DNA of 64,000 nt from an uncultured Eubacteriales bacterium (GCA_900545265.1 UQYI01000002.1:16472-80471), one strand, 5' to 3'. Shown: positions 28,274 through 38,278, counted from the stretch's first letter. The notes: a model not told the origin generated them from the sequence alone. A program made the numbers and translations.

Positions 28274-28963
28274 TTATATCTTCTTTATAAAGGCTTCAAA
28301 GGCCTCTGCCATGACCTGCTGCCCGGCGGGGCTGGGATGAATACCGTCCTCGCACAGCAGGCCGTCCAGCCGCCGGTGCTGCAAAAATGCCTCCCGCAGA
28401 TCCACGCACAGGAGCCCTTCCCGGGCGGCCAGCCGCTCCAGCAGATGGCTGTAATGCTCCTGAAAGCGGTAGATAGCACATTCATCCCCCAGCCAGCTCA
28501 GAATATTCTCCCGGTTCAATCCCCGGCGGCAGATCCAGTCCAGATACTTCTTCGGGTCTATGGGGGGCAGTGTGGTAAGCAGGGGCCTGCTGCCCGCCTG
28601 TTTTACGATCTCCAGCGCCCGATCCATATAGCGCAGAAACTCCTTTGGCCCCGTAATAGGCAGATACTCTCCCTCCGGATCTGCGGCAATGGCCGCCCAA
28701 TCAAAATTGCAGTCGTTGCCGCCGAATTCTATCAGCGTATAGGTCCCCGGGACTTCCTCCCGGGCGGCGTCCTTTTCCATGCGCTCCACCACCATGGGGG
28801 CGGTAGCGCCAAAACGGCAGCGATTATCCAGCGTCAGGCCATGCCGCTGGGCCAGGGCGTCCCAGGGGTGCCCTGCGCTGTATCTGCCGCCCTCCAGCAC
28901 CACGCCCTTCAGGATGGAATCCCCATACAGAGTGACGTTCATGATGTTCAAAAATCCTTTCAT
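28274..28963 (-). CDS. SGNH/GDSL-family hydrolase
   Basis: Block I LYGDSILKG, block III EFGGNDC, block V DGIHPS. Confidence 0.8.
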   Translation of the reverse strand: MKGFLNIMNVTLYGDSILKGVVLEGGRYSAGHPWDALAQRHGLTLDNRCRFGATAPMVVERMEKDAAREEVPGTYTLIEFGGNDCNFDWAAIAADPEGEYLPITGPKEFLRYMDRALEIVKQAGSRPLLTTLPPIDPKKYLDWICRRGLNRENILSWLGDECAIYRFQEHYSHLLERLAAREGLLCVDLREAFLQHRRLDGLLCEDGIHPSPAGQQVMAEAFEAFIKKI

Positions 28964-29080
28964 CTTGTCTTTTGTATTATATTACAAGGTTTCTAAAATT
29001 GTGTCAACTTGTAATTTTGTGCATCTTGTGTTTTTTGTCACCATATGCTATAGTTTCTGCAGAAACGGAGGTACACTTTT

Positions 29081-29629
29081 ATGTCCCTGTCCCCTTCCCC
29101 GGAGCTTTCCGACCTGCATGCAGCCCTGAACGGCTGGACGCTCCCCCGCTGGCGCCAGCTGCCGGAGGTGGATCTGTATATGGATCAGGTGCTGCTGCTG
29201 ATGGAAAAATACCTGCGGAGCGCCACCGGCGAGCGGGTGGTCACTTCCGCCATGATAAACAATTATGTAAAAATGGGAGCCCTGCCCCCGCCGGAAAGAA
29301 AAAAATATAATAAGCGCCACCTGTCCCGGCTGATAGTGATCTGTTCCCTGAAAAACGTGCTGCCCATCGCTTCCGTCAGCGGGCTGATCGAGCTGGAGCT
29401 TCAGCAAAAGAGCGAGGTGGAGTTTTATGACAGCTTCTGCGATGCATTCGAAGAAGCCTGCCGGGACGCTGCTGCCCGTATTCCCCTGAAAGATAAAGGC
29501 GGTCTGCTGCTGAAGAGCGCCCTGCGCTGCCAAGCCGAGCAGTTTTTCTGCACGCTGGCCCTGCAGCAGTTGGCTTCCCCTGCCAAAACAGAAAAAGCCG
29601 GACCCACCGCCGAAAAACAGGCCCCATAA
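29081..29629 (+). CDS. DUF1836 domain-containing protein
   Basis: LPRWRQLPEVDLYMDQVLLLMEKYL...VTSAMINNYVKMGALPPPERKKYNKRHLSRLIVICSLK is the characteristic DUF1836 core. GGAGG RBS. Confidence 0.7.
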   Translation: MSLSPSPELSDLHAALNGWTLPRWRQLPEVDLYMDQVLLLMEKYLRSATGERVVTSAMINNYVKMGALPPPERKKYNKRHLSRLIVICSLKNVLPIASVSGLIELELQQKSEVEFYDSFCDAFEEACRDAAARIPLKDKGGLLLKSALRCQAEQFFCTLALQQLASPAKTEKAGPTAEKQAP

Positions 29630-29649
29630 GCCTGCTCACGCATACAGAC

Positions 29650-29698
29650 AGATCCTTTCCCCGGTCATGCTGCCCCGTGGAAAGGATCTTTTGTTTTT
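29650..29698 (+). terminator. Rho-independent terminator
   Basis: agatcctttcc...ggaaaggatct 11-bp stem followed by TTTGTTTTT. Confidence 0.6.
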
Positions 29699-29845
29699 GC
29701 CGTTTTTCGGCACCCTGCGCCATGCTGCCGCATAGTATGCCCATAAGCGGATCTGAAAGGCATAAAAGGAGGTATGGTTCCCGTGGATGCATTTAAACGA
29801 AAAAAAGATAAAGAAACGGTGATTTTTCCCGAAGGGAAATCGGCC

Positions 29846-30070
29846 ATGAGGCTGCATCTTCTCCCGCTGGGCCGTGCAGGAGAGATACTGGCCCTGCACA
29901 ACCCGGAGCCTTTGCACACCCGGCTTATGGATCTGGGCTTTGTACCCGGAGAACAGGTGGAAGCCCTGTTTGCCGCCCCCTCCGGCAGTCCCCGCGCCTA
30001 TGGGATCCTGGGCACCGTCATTGCCCTGCGTGAAAAAGATGCCGCCGCCGTGGAGGTAAAGCCCCTGTGA
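29846..30070 (+). CDS. feoA: Ferrous iron transport protein A (FeoA domain)
   Basis: 74-aa form MRLHLLPLGRAGEILALHN..RLMDLGFVPGEQVEAL. The alternative upstream ATG at 29774 has its RBS too close. The stop overlaps the feoB GTG start. Confidence 0.75.
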   Translation: MRLHLLPLGRAGEILALHNPEPLHTRLMDLGFVPGEQVEALFAAPSGSPRAYGILGTVIALREKDAAAVEVKPL

Positions 30071-31917
30071 AAAGAACCGATACAGCCGCCGCTCCCCTGG
30101 TGCTGGGGCTGGCGGGCAACCCCAACGTGGGCAAAAGCACCCTGTTCAACGCCCTGACCGGGCTGCGCCAGCACACCGGAAACTGGACGGGCAAGACCGT
30201 AGCCAGCGCCCGGGGCACCGCCCGGCTGAACGGCCGGGAGATCACACTGGTGGATACCCCCGGTGCATATTCCCTGACGCCCATGTCCGAAGAAGAGAGC
30301 GTTACCCGGGAGTTTGTCCTTTCCAACGAAGCGGATGTTATGGTCGTTCTCTGCGACGGCGGCTGTCTGGAGCGTACATTGCCCCTGGCCTTGCAGATCA
30401 TGGCCCTGTTTCCCCGGGTAGTGGTGGTGGTGAACCTGCTGGATGAAGCAAAAAAGCATGGCATCACCCTGGATCTGCCCCGGCTTTCTTCTCTGTTGGG
30501 CGTACCGGTGGTGGGAACCAGCGCCCGCAGCGGCCACGGGGTGCAAAAGGTGCTGGAGGCCGCCGTATCCCTTTCCCTTGCCCCTGCTGCCGGGCCGATA
30601 CCCCTTATAAAGGCCCCCGAAGAATCGGAAGCCGCCGCCTGCGCCCGCCGGGCCCGGGCCCTGTGCCGGGAAACGGTGATCGGCACCGCCAGTCTGGCCA
30701 GGCGCTGCGCCTGGGATAAGGCCATCACCGGCCGGGCATTGGGTCTGCCCCTGCTGCTTCTGCTGCTGTGTTTGGTGTTCTATCTGACATTGCAGGGAGC
30801 CAACTACCCTTCGGCCCTGCTGCAAAAGGGCTTTGCCTGGCTGGAAGCGCAGCTTTCCTCCCTGCTGTTTGTCTGGGGCGCCCCCCTTTGGCTCCGCTCC
30901 GCCCTTACGGAGGGTATGCTTCGGGTCACCGGCTGGGTCATCAGCGTCATGCTGCCCCCAATGGCCATCTTTTTCCCCCTGTTCACGCTGCTGGAAGATC
31001 TGGGCTATCTGCCCCGGGTGGCCTTTTCTCTGGATGCGGCCTTTGCCCGGTGTCATGCCTGCGGCAAACAGGCCTTGACCATCTGCATGGGCTGCGGCTG
31101 CAATGCTGCCGGTGTGGTAGGCTGCCGGATCATAGACTCCCGCAGGGAGCGGCTCATGGCCATTCTCACCAACTCCATCACCCCCTGCAACGGCCGCCTG
31201 CCCGCCATGACGGCTCTGCTGACCCTTTTCTTTGCGGGGAACGGGCTCTGGGGCTCCCTGACGCCGGCCCTGCTTATGGGCCTGCTGCTGGCTTTTTCTC
31301 TGGGAATGAGCTTGCTCAGCTCCCGGTTCCTGTCCGCCACGGTGCTCCGGGGCCTTCCTTCCTCTTATACGCTGGAGCTGCCTCCTTTCCGCCGCCCCCA
31401 GGTGGGCCGGGTGCTGCTCCGCTCCCTGCTGGACCGCACGCTCCACGTACTGGGCCGGGCGGCGGCGGTGGCGGCTCCCTGCGGGCTGCTGGTATGGGGC
31501 CTGTGCCGCCTTCCCTGGGACGGCGGCAGCCTGTATGCAGCCATGACCCGGAGTCTGGAACCCATAGGCGCCTTTTTCGGGCTGGACGGCGTAGTGCTGT
31601 GCGCCTTTATTCTGGGCCTGCCTGCCAACGAGATCGTACTGCCGCTGGTGCTCATGGGCTATCTGTCCGCCGGTTCTCTGGCGGAGCCTGCCTCGCTGGA
31701 AGCCATGGGCGCCATCCTTCGCAGCCAGGGCTGGACCCAGGCCACCGCTTTGTGCTTCCTGCTGTTCTCCATGCTCCACTGGCCCTGTTCCACCACGCTG
31801 CTGACCATCAAAAAGGAAACGGGCAGCTGGGGATGGACGGCTCTTTCGGCTCTGCTGCCCACACTGTTGGGGTTGGGTGCCTGCCTGCTGGTACGCCTGC
31901 TCAGCGGCCTGTTTTGA
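30067..31917 (+). CDS. feoB: Ferrous iron transport protein B
   Basis: N-terminal G-domain GNPNVGKSTLFNALTG, DTPG, then a polytopic permease domain. Confidence 0.92.
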   Translation: MKRTDTAAAPLVLGLAGNPNVGKSTLFNALTGLRQHTGNWTGKTVASARGTARLNGREITLVDTPGAYSLTPMSEEESVTREFVLSNEADVMVVLCDGGCLERTLPLALQIMALFPRVVVVVNLLDEAKKHGITLDLPRLSSLLGVPVVGTSARSGHGVQKVLEAAVSLSLAPAAGPIPLIKAPEESEAAACARRARALCRETVIGTASLARRCAWDKAITGRALGLPLLLLLLCLVFYLTLQGANYPSALLQKGFAWLEAQLSSLLFVWGAPLWLRSALTEGMLRVTGWVISVMLPPMAIFFPLFTLLEDLGYLPRVAFSLDAAFARCHACGKQALTICMGCGCNAAGVVGCRIIDSRRERLMAILTNSITPCNGRLPAMTALLTLFFAGNGLWGSLTPALLMGLLLAFSLGMSLLSSRFLSATVLRGLPSSYTLELPPFRRPQVGRVLLRSLLDRTLHVLGRAAAVAAPCGLLVWGLCRLPWDGGSLYAAMTRSLEPIGAFFGLDGVVLCAFILGLPANEIVLPLVLMGYLSAGSLAEPASLEAMGAILRSQGWTQATALCFLLFSMLHWPCSTTLLTIKKETGSWGWTALSALLPTLLGLGACLLVRLLSGLF

Positions 31918-31933
31918 ATTTTTGCGTATCCTC

Positions 31934-31962
31934 TTGACAGAACGCCCTCCCTGTTGTAACAT
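31934..31962 (+). promoter_or_regulatory. Candidate sigma-A promoter of the SPFH-RHH operon
   Basis: TTGACA, a 17-nt spacer, then TAACAT. Confidence 0.5.
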
Positions 31963-31980
31963 GATATCAGATTGATATCA
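31962..31980. promoter_or_regulatory. Perfect palindromic operator candidate TGATATCA-gat-TGATATCA
   Basis: 8-bp arms with a 3-nt spacer. It overlaps the -10/+1 region, 20 nt upstream of the SPFH ATG. Confidence 0.5.
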
Positions 31981-32000
31981 CATCAAGGAGGTACCTTTAT

Positions 32001-33023
32001 ATGCAGGAAATCATTCTTACCAAGCGCAAAAACGGCATGGCAGCCATGCTGCTTATCATTCTGCTGTATGGAGCGGCCATAGCGGGCTGCATCTTCGGCA
32101 GCATGGCGCTGGATACGGGCAGCGCCGGCGGCATCGTCCTTTTTGTATTTTCTCTTCTCTATGCATGTCTGGGCTGGATTCCCGCCATGGGGCTGAAGGT
32201 GCTCAAACCCCAGGAGGCGCTGGTGCTTACCCTGTTTGGTAAGTATATCGGCACGCTGAAGGGCGACGGTTTCTATTTTGTCAATCCCTTCTGTGTCAGC
32301 GTGAACCCGGCGGCCAAGACCAAGCTCAGCCAGAGCGGGGATGTGAAAAGCGCCCTTTCTCCCATGCAGCTGGGCGGCCAGAACGTAAATCTTACCGAAG
32401 AATCCGCAAACAAAAAGATCTCTCTGAAGATCATGACTCTGAACAACAACCGCCAGAAGATCAATGACTGCCTGGGCAACCCGGTAGAGATCGGCATTGC
32501 GGTCATGTGGCGGATCGTGGATACGGCCAAAGCCGTATTCAACGTAGACAACTACAAGGAGTATCTTTCCCTGCAGTGCGACAGCGCCCTGCGGAATATC
32601 GTGCGTATTTATCCCTATGACGTGGCCCCCAACGTGGATACCACCGGGGACGGTCTGGCCGACGACGGCAGCCTGCGGGGCTCCAGCGAAATCGTAGCCG
32701 GGCGCATCCGGCAGGAGATCCAGGACCGGGTCCGGGATGCAGGCATCGAAGTCATCGAAGCCCGGATCACCTATCTGGCCTATGCCCCGGAGATCGCCGC
32801 CGTCATGCTCCAGCGGCAGCAGGCCAGCGCCATTATCGATGCCCGGAAGATGATCGTGGAAGGGGCCGTGGGCATGGTGGAAATGGCGCTCCAACGTCTG
32901 GATGAAAAGCACACCGTAGAGCTGGACGAAGAGCGAAAGGCCGCCATGGTCTCCAACCTGCTGGTCGTTCTCTGCGGCAACCAGAATGCGCAGCCCGTGA
33001 TCAATTCCGGCAGTCTATACTGA
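32001..33023 (+). CDS. SPFH/Band 7 (stomatin-prohibitin-flotillin) domain membrane protein
   Basis: Two N-terminal TM segments followed by an SPFH core and a C-terminal coiled region (..[28 protein letters not shown]..). Confidence 0.85.
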   Translation: MQEIILTKRKNGMAAMLLIILLYGAAIAGCIFGSMALDTGSAGGIVLFVFSLLYACLGWIPAMGLKVLKPQEALVLTLFGKYIGTLKGDGFYFVNPFCVSVNPAAKTKLSQSGDVKSALSPMQLGGQNVNLTEESANKKISLKIMTLNNNRQKINDCLGNPVEIGIAVMWRIVDTAKAVFNVDNYKEYLSLQCDSALRNIVRIYPYDVAPNVDTTGDGLADDGSLRGSSEIVAGRIRQEIQDRVRDAGIEVIEARITYLAYAPEIAAVMLQRQQASAIIDARKMIVEGAVGMVEMALQRLDEKHTVELDEERKAAMVSNLLVVLCGNQNAQPVINSGSLY

Positions 33024-33024
33024 T

Positions 33025-33246
33025 ATGGCGGAAAAAAAGCAACTTCCTCTGCGCCTGTCCGCCCGGCTGTATGAGGAACTGGCTCGCTGGGCGGAGGATG
33101 ACTTTCGCTCCGTCAACGGCCAGATCGAGTATCTGCTGACGGAATGCGTCAAACAGCGCCGCAAGAACGGCCGCTATGTAGGCGAGGATATCGATGCGCC
33201 CCTGGAGCTCACCCTTCCCCCGGATACCCGGGAGAAAAAGCCGTGA
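33025..33246 (+). CDS. Arc/MetJ-type ribbon-helix-helix DNA-binding protein (73 aa)
   Basis: [39 protein letters not shown] fits a beta-strand plus two helices. It starts 2 nt after the SPFH stop. Confidence 0.65.
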   Translation: MAEKKQLPLRLSARLYEELARWAEDDFRSVNGQIEYLLTECVKQRRKNGRYVGEDIDAPLELTLPPDTREKKP

Positions 33247-33279
33247 ACCGCCCCATCCATGGCCTTCCGCCGATTCTAC

Positions 33280-33308
33280 AGCGCCCCTGACCGGGGGGCG
33301 CTTTTTTG
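33280..33308 (+). terminator. Rho-independent terminator
   Basis: agcgcccc-tgacc-ggggggcgct hairpin followed by TTTTTT. Confidence 0.7.
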
Positions 33309-33369
33309 ATAAGGAAAAGGGCCGCAGCTTTCCGGCGTGCGTCCCTGCTTCGTTTATAACGGCTGCAAA

Positions 33370-35049
33370 TCAGATGAACCGCTTTTTATCCAGCGCCAGC
33401 ATAAGCATCATGGCCCCAAGGCTGATCAGTATGACGATGACCCCATAGGCCATGGATACGCCGATGTTGAACTCCTGCATATTTGTGACCATGGAGATGG
33501 AAATGGGTCGGTTATGCACCCCGTACAGCAGGGCCGAAACGGTGTATTCCCCCATGGTCCGTATGAACACAAGGATCCCCCCCGCCAGAATACCGGGGGC
33601 GATATTTGGCAGCACCACCCGCATCAGGGTAGCAAGCCCTCCGCCGCCCAGGCTGTGGGAAGCATCCTCCAGCACCGAATGAAAGCTTTCCATGGCGGTA
33701 TCGTTAGAGCTGAGCAGCAGCGGCAGAGCGGTCACGGTATAGGCAATGGGCAGGATATAGAACCCGCCGATCAGCGCCCGGCCAAAGGCAAAGATGCTCT
33801 TCACATTAAAGGCGTTTATCATGTTGATGCCGATCACACTGACGGGCATGCACCACGGCAGCATCATAAGAGCCTTGGCGCAACCGGCCGGAAGGCTTTT
33901 TCTTCTCCAGTTCAAATAGGAAACGGGCACCGTAAGCAGTATCCCCGCCCCCACCGCCATGAAGGACATTTTCAGACTGTTCAGCAGGGGCTGGAGCACC
34001 CGGGGGCTGTCGGCGATCTCCCGATAATTTTCCAGTGTAAAGCTATGGGGAAAGATATCCATCATAATGGAATGGGTGGTGTTGAAGGAGAGATACACAA
34101 TGCCCAGCACCGGCACCAGGATCATCAGGATCTGTATGCCCATCAACAGCCCCGCCAGTATCCGGAAAGCCGAATGCCCCGTATACAGGGAAGGAGCGGC
34201 AGGCCGTGGAGAACGGGTATACCTGCATTTACGCTTATAATACTGCAGCAGCAGCATGACGGATACGCTCATGGCCAGCAGCAGCATGACCTGGGCCGAA
34301 GCAACGTCCATATAGTTGTTGACCTTGGATTTTACTATGGCGGTGCTGAGCACCTTATAGCCTCCGCCGATCAGATTTGGCGCCGAAAATGCACCTATGC
34401 CCGAAGCAAAGGTCATGATGGAGGAAGTGATCAGCGCCGGCGCAATGGCCGGCAGGATCACGCTGCAGAATATCTGCCGCCGGTTGGCCCCCAGGCTCCG
34501 TGCCGCATCTATGGCGGCATAGTCGATATACTTCAGCGCCACGGAAACGTTCATGTAAAAATACACATACTGGGTGTAGGTGATCACAAACAGTATGCCC
34601 GGCAGGCCGCTGAAGTTCCACAGGGGCCCGGAAAGGCCCAGCAGCAGCTCCGCCCCCTTTGTGACCACACCGCTCTCCCCATACAGCTGCACAAAGGCTA
34701 TGACGATAATGACTCCGGGGATCATCATGGGGCTCAGCAGTGTCATATGCAGCAGGCGCCTGCAGGGCACCCGGCAGAATGTCATGAAGATGGCCAAAGC
34801 CGTGCCCAGTATCCCGCAGCACACCACGGAACCGACCCCCACCGCAAAGGTGTTCTGTATCACGCGGATATTGTTGGGGTTGGCCAGATACTCCCGGAAT
34901 ACAGACAGGGTAAAGCCCTCCTCCGAAACCAGCGCCTGCCGCAGCGTGTTGCCCATGGGATACAGGATATACCCCACCAGTAAAAACAGCAGGCAGCCAT
35001 ACAGCAGCAGGGGCCAGATATACTTTTTCATGGTCTGCATGGCGTTCAT
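33370..35049 (-). CDS. ABC transporter permease, fused double-domain (Fe3+/thiamine/2-AEP type)
   Basis: 559 aa with two repeated 6-TM BPD_transp_1 halves (FbpB/PhnU-like architecture). Confidence 0.85.
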   Translation of the reverse strand: MNAMQTMKKYIWPLLLYGCLLFLLVGYILYPMGNTLRQALVSEEGFTLSVFREYLANPNNIRVIQNTFAVGVGSVVCCGILGTALAIFMTFCRVPCRRLLHMTLLSPMMIPGVIIVIAFVQLYGESGVVTKGAELLLGLSGPLWNFSGLPGILFVITYTQYVYFYMNVSVALKYIDYAAIDAARSLGANRRQIFCSVILPAIAPALITSSIMTFASGIGAFSAPNLIGGGYKVLSTAIVKSKVNNYMDVASAQVMLLLAMSVSVMLLLQYYKRKCRYTRSPRPAAPSLYTGHSAFRILAGLLMGIQILMILVPVLGIVYLSFNTTHSIMMDIFPHSFTLENYREIADSPRVLQPLLNSLKMSFMAVGAGILLTVPVSYLNWRRKSLPAGCAKALMMLPWCMPVSVIGINMINAFNVKSIFAFGRALIGGFYILPIAYTVTALPLLLSSNDTAMESFHSVLEDASHSLGGGGLATLMRVVLPNIAPGILAGGILVFIRTMGEYTVSALLYGVHNRPISISMVTNMQEFNIGVSMAYGVIVILISLGAMMLMLALDKKRFI

Positions 35050-36008
35050 CCTCTGTACAGGCTCATATAAGCGCTGCTGCCCGCCGGGAAAAACGCCCCG
35101 GGGCGGTTAAACATGGTCACGCGATACAAGCTTTCCCCATGCCGCACGGTGTAGCTGTAGCAGGGTCCGTCAAAGCGCACCTGCACCACCGTCACGGGGA
35201 GCCCTCCTTCCTCCCGGGAAAGCACCAGCTGCTCCGGCCTGCACATAAGGCGCTCTCCGGCTCCCAGGGCTGCCGCCGCCTCCGGGGAAAGCGCATTACA
35301 TACCCCCACAAAGTTGGCAACGAATTGGTTGGCCGGGCGGTCATATACTTCTGCCGGGGTGCCGATCTGCCGGATATGCCCCTTATCCATCACGGCGATC
35401 CGATGAGAAATGCTCAGGGCTTCCTGCTGGTCATGGGTGATAAACAGGGTGGTGACCCCCGTCTTTTCCTGTATGTCCCGCAGTTCCTGACGCATACGCA
35501 CCCGCAAAGCCGCATCCAGATTGGAAAGGGGTTCGTCCAGCAGCAGCATATCCGGGGCCACAATAAGCGCCCGGGCTATGGCCACCCGCTGCTGCTGCCC
35601 GCCGGAAAGCTGCTCTATACGCCGGTCCCTATAGGCGCCCATATCCGTAAGCTCCAGAAAATAAGCGCACTGCTTTTTAATCTCTGCCGCAGGCCGGTGC
35701 CGGATCCGCAGTCCATAGGCAATATTCTCTTCCACCGTCATATTGGGGAACAGAGCGTAGTTTTGAAACACCACGCCCATGCTGCGCTTTTCCGGCGGGA
35801 GGGGGGTAATATCCCGGCCGTCTATGGCAATAGTCCCCTTATCCGGCTTCAAAAATCCGGCCATAAGGCGCAGCAGCGTGGTCTTGCCGCAGCCGGAAGA
35901 GCCAAGCAGGGTAAAAAACTCCCCTTTGCGTATGGTCAGGCAGATATCCTGCAATACGGGTGCGGAGTCATAGGCATATTCTATACCGTTGAGTGTAATG
36001 CTTTCCAT
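35046..36008 (-). CDS. ABC transporter ATP-binding protein (PotA/FbpC-like)
   Basis: Walker A GSSGCGKTT, signature LSGGQQQRVAIARAL, Walker B LLLDEP, and a C-terminal TOBE-like region. Confidence 0.9.
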   Translation of the reverse strand: MESITLNGIEYAYDSAPVLQDICLTIRKGEFFTLLGSSGCGKTTLLRLMAGFLKPDKGTIAIDGRDITPLPPEKRSMGVVFQNYALFPNMTVEENIAYGLRIRHRPAAEIKKQCAYFLELTDMGAYRDRRIEQLSGGQQQRVAIARALIVAPDMLLLDEPLSNLDAALRVRMRQELRDIQEKTGVTTLFITHDQQEALSISHRIAVMDKGHIRQIGTPAEVYDRPANQFVANFVGVCNALSPEAAAALGAGERLMCRPEQLVLSREEGGLPVTVVQVRFDGPCYSYTVRHGESLYRVTMFNRPGAFFPAGSSAYMSLYRG

Positions 36009-36087
36009 GGCGTGCTCCTGCGTATGAAATAAGGGGAACCGATGCGGTTCCCCTGTATTTTACCTTAAAAAAGGCGTTCTGCCAACA

Positions 36088-37236
36088 TTAGTCCTTGGCT
36101 ACGTTCTTGTTGGTGTCGATGACGTTGGTTTCCCACTTCTCCAGCCAGCTGAGCTGATTGGCGCTGATGTTGGCCCAATCCACGGGCAGGGCCTTATACT
36201 CGGTCTGCATCCACTCGGGGCAGTTGGGCAAGGCGGAGCTGAGGGTAGGCGTGCGGCTGAAGTCGTTGGCCAGCATGGCCTGGACTTCTGCGCTGCCGGC
36301 GAACTCTACGAAAGCGGCGGCGGCATTGGGATGGGGTGCGTTCTTGATGGCGGCGATGCAGTCGGTAAGCACTACGGAACCGCTGGCGGCATCGATGATC
36401 TCAAAGGGCATACCGTTGGTGTCCCGGTTGGTGACGATATCGCTGAGCACGGCCCAGGAAATGGGGGCTTCGCCCTTGCCGATGGCGGCATACATCATGC
36501 TGCCGCTGTTGTAGTAGTTCTTGATGTTGGCATCCAGATCGGAAAGATACTGCCAGGCAGCGTCTTCCCCATTCTGGGTGGTGTAATAGTCGATCAGGTT
36601 GCAGATGGTGGAACGCATGGAGGAGGACAGGGAATCACGAACCACGATCTTGTCCTTATACTCGGGCTTCACCAGGTCGGACCAGTCTTTGGGCGCTTCC
36701 TCGGCAGTCATAACGTCCTTGTTGTAGAAAAGGAGCACGGGGGTCTTGATGGTGCCGTACCAAAGGCCGTTGGCATCCTTGAACATGGGATCCAGCTCGT
36801 TCTCCCAGGAGGGATGGGTAGTCTCGAACAGGCCCTCTCCGCTGAGCACGGTATGGGTGGCGCTGTCGCCGCCATACATGATGTCAGCCTGGGGGTTGTC
36901 CTTCTCGCTGCGCACACGGTCAGCCAGCTCGCCCTTGAGGTTGATGTACTCCACCTTTACACCGGTCTTCTCGGTAAAGGCGTTGGCAACGGCCTCCAGA
37001 AGCTTTTCGGAGTGAGTAGAATAGATCACCAGGGTGTCTTCCAGCTGAGCGGCGGGTTCATCCGTAGCTTCCGGTTCATCGGTAGCGGCGGGTGCGTCCG
37101 TTGCGGCAGGCGCATCGGTAACGGCGGCCTCCTGCGTGGGGGCGGCGGTGGGATCTTTGGTAGCGGCGGTCGCCGTGCAGGCTGCCAGAGAAAGCACCAT
37201 GACCAGCGCCAGAAGCATTGCAAAGAATTTCTTCAT
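36088..37236 (-). CDS. ABC transporter substrate-binding lipoprotein (Fe3+/AEP family)
   Basis: Lipobox LSLAAC, an A/T/P/E-rich linker, then a type 2 periplasmic-binding fold sequence. Confidence 0.85.
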   Translation of the reverse strand: MKKFFAMLLALVMVLSLAACTATAATKDPTAAPTQEAAVTDAPAATDAPAATDEPEATDEPAAQLEDTLVIYSTHSEKLLEAVANAFTEKTGVKVEYINLKGELADRVRSEKDNPQADIMYGGDSATHTVLSGEGLFETTHPSWENELDPMFKDANGLWYGTIKTPVLLFYNKDVMTAEEAPKDWSDLVKPEYKDKIVVRDSLSSSMRSTICNLIDYYTTQNGEDAAWQYLSDLDANIKNYYNSGSMMYAAIGKGEAPISWAVLSDIVTNRDTNGMPFEIIDAASGSVVLTDCIAAIKNAPHPNAAAAFVEFAGSAEVQAMLANDFSRTPTLSSALPNCPEWMQTEYKALPVDWANISANQLSWLEKWETNVIDTNKNVAKD

Positions 37237-37266
37237 GAGTCAAACTTCTCCTTCTAAAATATATGC

Positions 37267-37899
37267 TTATACCTCAAGAGGTTTGAAGCCGGAAAGATAT
37301 ACGGCCCGGCATTCCCGGGTCTTTATGGCCTCCACCAGTTCCGGAACGGTGGTGAAATAGCCCGGGATCTCCGTAGCATAAAGACCCAGCTGTACGGTGC
37401 CATGGGCATCGCTGGCCCCAAAGGGTTTGAGTCCCGTTTTTTTGCAGGTCTCCTGAGCCATGCGGTTTTCCAAGGGTGTGGTGCTGCCGTTGAGCACCTC
37501 TACGCCGGTCATTCCCTTCAGAGTAAAGAGCAGATCCCCCAGACCGCGGCTGTTGGCCCGATAGGGGTGAGCCGAAATGCACACGCCCCCACGCTCCGCC
37601 ACATAGTCCAGAAACTCCTGCGCCATCAGGTGGGGAGCAGGAAGCTCATCGATGCCGAAAGCTACGATATCCCCCTCGCAGGCCAGATATTCCACCCCCA
37701 CAAAGATGGGGAAGTGCTCCTGCTCTGCGACTTTGGCGGCATATTGAGTCAGGCCGATCTTATCGTGATCCGTAATGCAGATCCCGTCCAGACCCTTGCG
37801 CTTGGCTTCCGCCACCATCTCCAGCAGATTCATCTTGCTGTCGCCGGAAAAGGTGCGTTCATGGAGATGTGTATCTATGATCAATGTTCCGTTCCTCAC
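37267..37899 (-). CDS. PHP-domain metal-dependent phosphoesterase
   Basis: IIDTHLHE..FSGDS, ICITDHD, ISAHPYR, GASDAHG motifs. The true start may be the TTG at 37884, which is preceded by GAGGA. Confidence 0.8.
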   Translation of the reverse strand: MRNGTLIIDTHLHERTFSGDSKMNLLEMVAEAKRKGLDGICITDHDKIGLTQYAAKVAEQEHFPIFVGVEYLACEGDIVAFGIDELPAPHLMAQEFLDYVAERGGVCISAHPYRANSRGLGDLLFTLKGMTGVEVLNGSTTPLENRMAQETCKKTGLKPFGASDAHGTVQLGLYATEIPGYFTTVPELVEAIKTRECRAVYLSGFKPLEV

Positions 37900-38087
37900 T
37901 TTTGCATATTATGTCTTTTAAGTAAACACAACATATAATAGCAGAACCGGCGCAAAGCCGTACAATGCCAAAAAGCGATTTATATCACAGTATTATCGTA
38001 AAAAACGATTTTATTATGGGAACAGACTTATTCCTTCTCAGCGCATCCTCCCGGGAAACGGGGCAGAGGACACCGCATCATGGAGTC

Positions 38088-38210
38088 GGTTCGTATACGA
38101 AACACAGGGGCGCACGTTCCGGCGGCTTTGCTGCCGGAACTCTGCGGGGGCATGCCCCCGCAGGCGTGCCGCCAGGCACGCAGTGCGCCCCCGCCCTCCG
38201 CTTCCCGACA
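38088..38210 (+). repeat. Structured GC-rich intergenic repeat, copy 1 (cloverleaf core 38107-38191)
   Basis: Closing stem ggggcgcac/gtgcgcccc encloses three hairpins (ttccggcgg../..ctgccggaa; ctgcggggg/cccccgcag; gcgtgcc/ggcacgc). Homologous to copies at 49083-49200 and 60005-60127. Confidence 0.8.
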
Positions 38211-38253
38211 GTTTTCGTTTCTCCCCGCCGTGCTCCCGCCGCACGCGCGGCAT

Positions 38254-38278
38254 ACAAAAAGGGGCCTCAAACGCCCCC
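38254..38278 (-). terminator. Terminator downstream of the helicase gene
   Basis: On the minus strand: ggggc-gtttgag-gcccc hairpin followed by TTTTTGT. Confidence 0.6.

Noticed and set aside
29699-29845. Fur box upstream of feoAB
   Set aside because: No GATAATGATAATCATTATC-like 19-mer is present. There is only a short TTTCCC-gaa-GGGAAA hairpin of uncertain meaning.
38107-38191. Cloverleaf core as a tRNA or tRNA-like gene
   Set aside because: Stems are 7-10 bp instead of 7/4/5/5. There is no GTTCRANYC T-loop, no D-loop signature and no 7-nt anticodon loop. The loops are only 3-7 nt of variable sequence.
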